Shown: piece by piece, positions 53,642 to 64,000 of the stretch | How the letters are laid out: each line of letters starts with the position of its first letter | How positions within the stretch are numbered: the first letter of the stretch is position 1 | Origin: Octopus vulgaris | Lineage: Eukaryota | Length of the DNA: 64,000 bases | Reading direction: 5' to 3' | NCBI GenBank assembly: GCA_951406725.2 | Contig: OX597839.1 | Span: forward strand, 10,974,001-11,038,000 | Made by a program: the position numbers and the translations under genes | Notes under the pieces: model-generated | What the model saw: only the letters and a program-made list of their open reading frames with translations | Databases searched by the model: none | Told to the model about the DNA's origin: nothing

Positions 53642-53786
53642 ATCTCTCTCTCTCTCTATCTCATCTATCTTATCTATATATCTATCTATCTGTCTATGTC
53701 TGTCTGTCTGTCTCTCTCTCTCTATCTACCTGTCTCTGTCTGTCTATCTATCTATCTCTGTCTCTCTCTCTCTCTGTCTCTCTCTC

Positions 53787-53847
<61 letters not shown>

Positions 53848-54884
53848 GACTTTCTGTTTACCTGCTTGTCTCTCATCTACATTCAATTATAATTTAATCA
53901 GGGTCCTAGCTACAAATCCTGCCAACAGCTAACTTTCCAGATTATTCTGTGGGGGAGGCGGGGGACCTGAATGTCATACCCTGAAAACAAAAAGCAACAA
54001 GGTTGATTCACCCGTAAAGGAGTGCACCTGAACTGGAAATATTAACTGCTTATTGCGCTAACACCCCCACCCCCACACACACACGTGTGGGTGTGTATAA
54101 ATAAAACACATGCACGCTCAGATATACAGATTTGTATTATGTATATAAGTATGTATGTATAAATACAAAAGGTGTCTATTTCTTAAACATGCCTGAGTGT
54201 GTACGTGTGTGTTAGTATGGATGTTTGTGTTTGGATTATTATTATTATTACCTTTACAAAACAGTCATACTAATGCGATTAGTTAATAACGATAACAATA
54301 AATAAAAATAATACCAACAACAATAATGGTGATGATGATGTTTTTCAATGGAGTCAACCTCCTACCTTACTTTAAAAAAAAAATTATATAGACACACATT
54401 GTCTGTGTGTGTGTGTATGAGAGAGAAGAGTGTGTGAGTCTGATTCGGTTGTGTGTGTAAGCTTGATTTCCTGTTAAAACTAAAGGCAGATATATAGATG
54501 TTTGGCAGAGAGACAGTGGTATTACTGTTTTTTTCTTTCCTTCTCATTTATTTCCATACAAAACAACCATCGCACACACAATCCCCCCCTCTCTCTCTCT
54601 CTCTCCCCATTCTAAACAAGTATGGTATTTGAAAAAATGAATAGACCCCCATCCAAACGACTTTGTTATTGTAATGAATTCTAAGTAGATTCCTGAGTCT
54701 CACAACCGAAAAGAAATAAAATAAACTGTTTTGATTCATTGTAGTATATTGTAGTTTGTTGGTAAATATATATAATTAGGTTACTTTGTGTTTTATGTAT
54801 TTGTGTGTGTATGTGTATATATATTTATTGTGTATATTATAAATATTGTATCTATATATATATTTATAGTGTGTGTTTGTTTGT

Positions 54885-55400
54885 ATGTATAATATACATA
54901 GAATGTATAATATATGTAGTATGTGTATGTATATGTAGTATGCGTGTATGTATATGTATAATATATGTAGTATGTGTGTGTATGTATATGTATAATATAC
55001 GTAGTATGTGTGTGTATGTATATGTAGTATGTGTGTGTATGTATATGTATAATATATGTAGTATGTGTGTATGTATATGTATAATATATGTAGTATGTGT
55101 GTATCTATATGTATAATATATGTAGTATGTGTGTGTATGTATACGTATAATATATGTAGTATGTGTGTGTATGTATATGTATAATATATGTAGTATGTGT
55201 GTATATATATATATATATATGTATAATATATGTAGTATGTGTGTATATATATATATATATGTATAATATATGTAGTATATGTCTATGCATATGTATGATA
55301 TATTTAGTATGTGTTTATGTATATATTTATAATATATGTAGTATGTGTGTATGCATATGTATAATATATCTAGTATGTGTGTATGTATATGTATAATATG
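54885..55400. repeat. ~30-bp minisatellite (TATGTATAATATATGTAGTATGTGTG)
   Basis: Direct reading of tandem units. Confidence 0.9.
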
Positions 55401-55417
55401 TGTGTGTGGTGTGTATG

Positions 55418-55461
<44 letters not shown>

Positions 55462-55734
55462 CGTGTGTATGAATGATATATATTATACATCTATATAGGG
55501 CTACTGGCACTCTATAAGTTATGATGATGGGGTTTCAGTTGATCTGATCAATGGAAAAGCTTGCTTGTGAAGTTAATGTGCAAGTGGCTGAGTGCTCCAC
55601 ACACAGAGATATAGGAGATATCTTACAGATTTTCTACTACATGTATAATTTTGTAACTCCTATTGGCAAACGAAACATGTGTAATAAATAATATCAAACA
55701 TTTTTCCAATCTCCTATTTTGATAGGTGTATATA

Positions 55735-55773
<39 letters not shown>

Positions 55774-56050
55774 TCGAGTGAGGTCGTTGCCAGTGCCGCT
55801 GGACTGGCTCCTGTGCAGGTGGCACATCAAAAACACCACTTGAGCATGGCTGTTGCCAGTACCGCCTGACTGGCACATAAAAGCACCCACTACACTCTCG
55901 GAGTGGTTGGCGTTAGGAAGGGCATCCAGCTGTAGAAACTCTGCCAGATCAGATTGGAACCTGGTGCAGCCATCTGGTTCACCAGTCCTCAGTCAAATCG
56001 TCCAACCCATGCTAGCATGGAAAACAGACGTTAAATGATGATGATGATGA

Positions 56051-56095
<45 letters not shown>

Positions 56096-56449
56096 TTCAA
56101 GTATCCTAAGCCAGGTGCAAAGGAAAGTGACTTGAATGAAGAAATCACTTGCAAAAACATGCATCTGGCCTACAGATGTGCTGCTTCCTCTCTAAGCTTT
56201 TTGCCACTACAACAGTGTCTCCTGTTCTTTCAAGCTGGCTGGTTGTGTGTATATATGTGTGTGTATGTATATTTATGTGTGTGTGTGTGTGTGTATGTAG
56301 ACAGATGTGGCGCAGGCATGGCTTCCCACCCATATGGTTCCAGGTTCAGTCCCATTGCATGACACCTTGAGAAAGTGTTTTCTACTATAGCTTCAGTCCA
56401 ACTAAAACCTTGTGAATGTATTTAGTTGATGGATACTGAAAGAAGGCCA

Positions 56450-56529
<80 letters not shown>

Positions 56530-57761
56530 GTGTTTGTACCCCACCATCATCATCATCGTTTAACGTCCGCTTTCCATGCTAGCATGGGTTGGACGGTTCA
56601 ACTGGGGTCTGGGAGGCTCGAAGGCTGTACCAGGCCAGTCAGATCTAGCAGTGTTTCTACAGCTGGATGCCCTTCCTAACGCCAACCACTCCGTGAGTGT
56701 AGTGGGTGCTTTTTACGTGCCACCGACACAGGTGCCAGACGAGGCTGGCGAATGGCCACGCTCAGATGGTGCTTTTTACGTGCCACCGGCACTGGTATCA
56801 CAACTACAAATTCCATTGATGTTGATCGATTTTGATTTTGATTTTGATTTTCACTTGCCTCATCCGTGTAACTTATTGGCTACAGTAGAAGACACTTGCT
56901 CAAGGTTCTAGGCAGTGGGATTGAAACTAGAACCATGTGGTTGGGAAGCAAGTCATTGCACTGAGGCCATGTTGGGACACATTCACGTCAGCCCTTGTTT
57001 ATTTTAATCTGGTTCTTATTTTCTCGATTCCTTTTTAATATACTGCTTAGTCTCCAGAACATAATGTGATGAAATTTAAACACAGACACAAACATATGTA
57101 AAATTTTGTATCTGTGAAAGATGATATCATAAACCTGACATATAGGTGATATAATAAATAAATATATATCTTTAAATACGTGTGTGTGTGTGTGTGTGTG
57201 TGTATAAGATTTTGTGTAACTTCTTATCTCTCTGTATCTCTGTATTTCATATTGTCTGTAAGATATTGTACATTCATGATATATAGCATAATACATATCT
57301 ATGTATGTATGTAAATGTATTCGTATATATATATATATATGTTTAGCCTATCATTAAACATGATAACCAGTTGATATTGATCTTACCTGACTAGTGGAAT
57401 ATTTTCTTGTCAGCTTATGAGATGTGGTAAATATAAATATGTCTGGTAGACTGAATATGAGAGCCAGAGTAAAAATATACATTGGATTTATGATTTAGTA
57501 AACATGATAGTTTTGATAAATGAGACACAGAAACTAATAATGTGTGTGTATGTGTAATTTTCTGTCTGATATAGTGTGAATACAAATATAATTGTTATGT
57601 AATATGACAAAGTAAATGTTTTTGAGTATGTACCGAAAGTAAATGGTGTATATATATATATATAATGATATATATCTATATATATATCTATATATATATA
57701 TATATATATCTTTATCTTTATCTAGTTTCAGCTCACGAGCTGTGGCCATGCTGGAGCACCG

Positions 57762-57800
<39 letters not shown>

Positions 57801-59165
57801 TGTATGTGTATTTCTCTTGCTTTTCATTCACACACACACACATCTTTATCTTTTATCATTTACTTGTTTCAGTCACGAGACTGTGGCCACGCTGGGGCAC
57901 TGCCTCGAAGAATTTTTTGTTGAATGAATTGACCCCAGGGCTTTTTATTTTGTTTAAGCTTGGTACTTATTGTATCAGTTTTTTAAATTTTATTTTGCCT
58001 AACCACCAATTTATGGGGATGTAAACACACTAACACCAGTTGTTAAACAGTGGTGGGGGACAAAGACAGGCACATGCACATACATATATGACGGGCTTCT
58101 TTCAGCTTCTGTCTACCAAATCCACTCCACAAGGCTTTGGTCAGCCTGAAGCTAGAGTAGAAGACACTTGCCCAAGGTGTCACACAGTGGGACTGAACCT
58201 GGAACTATGTGATTGGGAAGCATGCTTCTTGCCATACTGGGGCACTGCTTGGAGGTTTTAGTTGAACAATTTGATCACAGTATTTTTTAAAAATCCAGTA
58301 CTTATCCTATTGTTCACTTTTGCCAAATTTCTAAGTTACAGTGATGTAAATAAACCAACACCAGTTGTCAAGTGATGGTGGGGGCAAACATAAAGAGCCA
58401 TACACAGACATACACATTCATATATGGGCTTCTTTCAATTTCCATCTACCAAATCCTCTCATAAGGCTTTGGTTGGATCCGGGCTGTAGTAGAAGCCACT
58501 TGCCCAAGGTGCCACGTAATGTGCTGAATCTGAAATCGTGTCATTGGGAAGCAAACTTCTTATCACACCACCATGCCAGCACGTATATATAATCATCATC
58601 ATCATCATTGTTTAACGTCCGCTTTCCATGCTAGCATGGGTTGGACGGTTCAACTGGGGTCTGGGAAGCCAGAAGGCTGCACCAGGCCCAGTCTGATCTG
58701 GCAATGTTTCTACGGCTGGATGCCCTTCCTAACGCCAACCACTCCGTGAGTGTAGTGGGTGCTTTTTACGTGCTAGATGAGGCTGGCAAACGGCCACAAT
58801 CGGATGGTGCTTTTTACGTGCCACCGGCACGGAGGCCATATAATGTATGTATGTGTGTATATGTCATCATAATTGCTTTAACACCTGCTTTTCTATGCTT
58901 ACATGAATCAGACAAAATTTGTTGAAGCAGATTTTTCATGGTCGGTTGCCCTTTCAATTGCCAACCTCCACCTGTTAACAAATGGGGTAATATTTTCAGT
59001 AATCCTTCAAATATGAACAACCCAATGGTCAGACATATTTTCATGGAAAATAGCAAACAAACAACATTGCTCACATAAGAGTGACATTTATTTGCAACAA
59101 GGAGAGAAAAAAATGTGTGTAGTGGCTAACGACCTATCATATATATCTATATATGTATACACACA

Positions 59166-59487
59166 CTAGCACTATACAGCTGCGTGCATGCGCACATACA
59201 TGCGAGTACTGTTCAAATCTCCGACCAATCACATACAGCTAGCTGGTATTCAATTGGCGTATCAAGTCTCGGGCATTTTGATTGGGTTTTGGATAGAGAA
59301 GTCACAAAAAATTCACTTATTGATATTTTTATGGCTTTGCAGGGTGACTAGAGAAATGTAAAGATGTGCACGACCACCCTTGGACGGTTTTGAATGACCA
59401 TAGAAAGTGCAAGCTCTCTAATTGAAAAATTGTGGATTTGTATAAAGGACACACACACAGACATTTTGCCATTTATATATATAGAGA
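59166..59487 (-). mobile_element. Non-autonomous Helitron-like element
   Basis: Minus strand begins TCTCTATATATATAAA and ends CTAG, lying between A and T with no TSD. A similar 5' end occurs at ~12055-12112. Confidence 0.6.
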
Positions 59488-59822
59488 TTAGTATGCAATG
59501 CCAAAACAAGAGAATATGAACACACACACACACACACAACAAGCTTCTTTCTGTTTCTATCTACGAAATCCACTCACAAGGCTATTCTAGAAGATAGATG
59601 TCCAAGGTATCACATGGGATGGAGCCAGCCTACGTATGCATACCTTCCCTTCTTGGGACACAAAACTCTACTTGTGAAGACGTGTTGAGGCAAGTGAGGA
59701 TCAGAATGCAATCCAGATTTTCTAGATTTTAAGTAGGGTGTGTAAGTAAATATATTCAATATCAATAATTCTGTTTGCCTACCATTTGGGGCTAATGTGA
59801 TTGTGGTAGAAACAGCATCTCT

Positions 59823-60228
59823 TCTTTTACTCTTTTTACTCTTTTACTTGTTTCAGTCATTTGACTGCGGCCATGCTGGAGCACTGCCTTTCAGTCGAGC
59901 AAATCGACTCCGGGACTTATTCTTTGTAAGCCCAGTACTTATTCTATCGGTCTCTTTTGCCGAACCGCTAAGTGACGGGGACATAAACACACCAGCATCA
60001 GTTGTCAAGCAATGCTAGGGGGACAAACACACACACACATATATATTTATATATACATATATACGACAGGCTTCTTTCAGTTTCCGTCTACCAATTCCAC
60101 TCACAAGGGTTTGGTCGGCCCGAGGCTATAGTAGAAGACACTTGCCCGAGGTGCCACGCAGTAGGACTGAACCCGAAACCATGTGGTTGGTAAGCAAGCT
60201 ACTTACTACACAGCCACTCCTGCGCCTA
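59823..60228 (-). mobile_element. SINE family A, full length
   Basis: Same architecture. Further full or partial copies at ~1-121, 162-317, 11196-11550, 11703-11865, 17188-17566, 18633-18835, 27135-27510, 28500-28830, 30170-30720, 44064-44270, 51640-51950, 57858-58570 and 63442-63586. Confidence 0.85.
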
Positions 60229-62842
60229 TGTACAATTTTATTTATAATCCTTATCATCCAATAGTAATTTGCTAATTTTATTGATTAGTATGATTATGAT
60301 TGGTAGATTGGCATAATCTGTATTTAGCTGAAGTAACACCTTGTAGTTTTTAGTCATGTCGCTTCATGTTCTGATTTCAAAATCGTTCTATGGTTGGTTG
60401 TCGTTCAATTAAGTATTGATGGGGAGGAGGAATCAATATAATTGACTGACTCCTCTCAACATTTGAGCCATTGTTATAAATAATAACAATAATAATCCTT
60501 TCTACTCTAGGCACGAGACCTGAAATTCATGGGGAGGGGTCTAGTTGATTGCATTGACCCCTGTATTTCACTGGTACTTAATTTATCAACCCTGAAAAGA
60601 CGAAAGGCAAAGTTGGCCTCGGGCGGAAATAATCTAATTTTGGCACAATGCCAGCAGTTTTGCGGTGAAGAGGAAGTCGATTTCATTGACCTCAGTGTTC
60701 AACTGATGTTCAATTTATCAATCCCAAAAGGATAATAGGTAAAGTCAACCTTGCTGGCATCTGAACTCAGAATATAAAGATCCTGATGAAATGTCACTAA
60801 GCATTTTGTCAGGTGTAGTAACAAATAATAGTAATAATAATGATAACAGCCTTTTCTATTTTAGGCACACAGCCTAAAATTTTGCAGGAGGGGACTAGTC
60901 AATTACATTGACACCAGTGATCAACTGCTACTTTATCAACCCCCAAAAGGAAAATAGGCAAAGTTGACATCGGTGTTATTTGAACTCAGAACATAAAATA
61001 GCCAGATGAAATATCTATTTCTTTATTACTCACAAGGGGCTAAACATAGAGGGGACAAACAAGGACACATAGGTATTAAGTCGATTAGATCAACCCCAGT
61101 ACGTAACTGGTACTTATTTAATCGACCCCCTAAAGGATGAAAAGCAAAGTCAACCTCGGCAGAATTTGAACTCAGAACATAACGGCAGACGAAATACTGC
61201 AAAGCATTTCGCCAGCATGCTAACGTTTCTGCCAGCTCGCCACCAGACAAAATACCACTAAACATTTTGTCAGCTGTGATAACAAATAATAATGATGATC
61301 ATGATAATGATTGCCTATTTAGATACAAGGCTAGCAGTTTTAAGTCAGGTGATTAGTTCATTTTATAAACTAACCTCTGCCTTAAAATTGTTGGCTGGTA
61401 CTTATTTTATTAATCTGAGTGGCATGAAAGGCAGAGTGAACCTTGGTAGGATTTGAACTCAGAATGTAAAGAGTTGAAGCAAATACTTACTGTAAGACAT
61501 TTTCTCCAGTTCTCTAATGATTTCTGCTAACTCTTAGTTGCGTGATGTCTCCATCTCCTAACTGTGAGATGTGTAATATGAGCCAGAAAGGGAGCCTCTA
61601 TGAAATGACTTGATCTTTTAGAAATAACAGCCAAATTTCCCATAAATCACATCCTACTGTTTTAGAAACAGGAAAGACACATTGGATACTGTGGTCAATA
61701 CAAAAAAATTTTAATTCTACGGTCATGGTTGGAATGCTTTTGGTCGTAGGTTTACTTGTTAAGGACTAAAGTGGAGCTAAACAACAGCCACAACCAGTTC
61801 CATAAGCTAAAGTCTCTACATGGTTAATCAATGTTAGAAATAGTTAGCAAATTTCCCTCAAATCACACCCTACTATCTTTGAAGAAAGGGGTAGGATCTA
61901 TTGAATTATGTAGTCCCAGGTACACTGTGTCTGAAAGATAAATGTAGATGGATGATCTGAAATGAAATGTCTTTAATCATAGGTTTGCTTGATCAGGACT
62001 GTCCTGGGGCTAAACAACAACAACAACAGCTAATACTACTACCATTATCATCATCATCATCATAATCATCATCTCCACCACCATCACTGCTAGTAGCAAA
62101 TCAACATTGTTTAATCTCTTTGGTCGATAAAATCCGTTGGCAATAAAGACTGAAAAATCAATCAAATGACACGAAATATTTCACTTTTGTGAGTTTGGGA
62201 GATCAATACCTTTGTGTGTGTATGTGTGTGTGTGTGCTTTAAGTGACTATGAGGTGGGAGTTTTTTTTTGTTATTTTATTTGATGGTGATGTTCTGTTGT
62301 TTCTTGTCTGTTTAAAGCAGCCATACCTCACTTAGCCTTCCCCCTTGTCTCTCTCTCTCTTTCTCTCTCACTCTATGTTGCTCTCTCTCTCTCTCTGCAT
62401 GGTTAGTCATGTGTGTCTGTTTTATATTAGTGTTCATATATTTGGTTTTGTTTATATGTTAATATATTTATGTATAGGTGTGCATATGTATGTGTGTGTG
62501 TGTGCTCACATACACACACCCATACACACATCCATATATAGGCATACATACTCATATATGTGAATACACAGACACATATGTAGGCATCTACATGTCTCTC
62601 TTTCCCTTCATTACCACACAGAAGCACATGTTCAAGGTTCTCTTTTTAAGGCAACCAGTCATTTCTTGGGGTCACTTACTGAAAGCAGGTCCTTATTTCA
62701 GAATATTATTTCATTAACCCCCCACCCATCACACACTAATGTACTGATCTACTAAACATTGGAATGGGTAGATGTTTCATTTTCTGTGAATTCCTTAATA
62801 TCAAAGGTATGTAACATTTTCTCTTAGTGTTTTGTAACTTAA

Positions 62843-63063
62843 CCCTTTAGTGTTTGCATTATTCTGCCAAAATTAATCCTTTTTTATCCAAATCGTTTTG
62901 AACTAATCATGCATTATCTTGTAGCTATGAGATTTTGATGAGGTAGCTGTTAATTTTTAAAACAATATTGTAGGGTTGGTGTGAGAGATCAGATCTGGCC
63001 AGTTTGAACATAAAACAGTCAGAATACATCTGGCCGGATATGGCCAGTTTAAATGCTAAAGGG
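62843..63063. mobile_element. piggyBac-type MITE (TTAA TSD)
   Basis: TTAA-CCCTTTAG...CTAAAGGG-TTAA. Confidence 0.8.
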
Positions 63064-64000
63064 TTAAACGTGGGAGTATAAAATTGTCTATAAAATACTG
63101 AAATTATATAGGTAATACTTTGTCTGCGGTGATTGTGTGGTTAACCAAGACGAGATTTGTGTACTCTTTAACCTATTTGCATAAGTTTGTCATGACATGT
63201 CAAAGTCAACTTGTTATCATTAAGAAAAGTCTTCCTGCTCCATTGAAACATCAGTTCTAATGAATTGTGCAAATGTTAGTGTCTGAAGGATTGTGATATT
63301 CACGCTTGCATGGTAGTCAATGGTTCACCAGGAACACCTGTATGCATATGTATGTCTCATCATCATCATCATTGTTTAACATCTGTTTTTCCATGCTCAC
63401 CTGCGTTGAACTGTTTGATAGGAGCTGTCCTGGATCCAATTACTCTTTACTCTTTTACTTGTTTCAGTCATTTGACTGTGGCCATGCTGGAGCACCGTCT
63501 TTAGTCGAGCAAATCGACCTCAGGATTTATTCTTTGTAAGCCTAGTACTTATTCTGCCGGTTCTCTTTCGCCGAACCACTAAGTTACTTAATCCGTTTGT
63601 CTGTCCTTGTTTGTCCCCTCTGTGTAGTAAAGAAACAGGTATTTCGTCTGTCTTTATGTTCTGAGTTCAAATTCTGCAGAGGTCAACTTTACCGTTCATC
63701 CTTTTGGTGGTCAATAAATTAAGTACCAGTTGCATACTGGGTTCGATCTAATTGACTGGCCCCCTCCCTCAAAATTTCGAGCCTTGTGCCTAGAGTAGAA
63801 AACAAAATATGTGTGTGTGTGTGTCTGTTAGCATTGTTGTTTATTTACAAAGTTTTCTCTGCAACCACATGGTTTCTGGCTCAGTAGAACTGGTTGTTAG
63901 GGTTTGTGTGTGTGTGTGATGTTTGACTGAATGTGTACTCCCTTTATTTGGTTTTAAGCAAAGTGTCACCATTTGTAGAAAACAGTGTCATTTGCACTTC

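Overview
AT-rich, microsatellite-saturated animal genomic DNA. The repeat families and (TA)n/(CA)n density suggest an octopus (inference). One protein-coding exon is securely recognisable: the first coding exon (23176-23673, +) of an AUTS2/FBRSL1/fibrosin/tay-family gene. It follows a YY1/ETS/Inr promoter at ~22.2 kb and precedes an intron that appears to run off the window end. Nearly all other listed ORFs are microsatellite artefacts. The rest is a patchwork of tRNA-derived SINEs, LINE 3' ends (RTE, CR1-like, REL-type), MITEs, a Helitron, and captured tRNA (Ile, Glu, Asp) and 28S rRNA fragments. The most notable hidden signal is a set of about 12 type I hammerhead ribozyme motifs, about half well formed, in short non-coding Penelope-like/retrozyme-like insertions sitting in (TA)n tracts. 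They include two long fold-back palindromes with a hammerhead on each strand, a four-copy family with a fixed non-canonical CUGUNGA core, extended-stem-II variants and a U3-A8 variant. All structures were read by eye; none was computed or tested.
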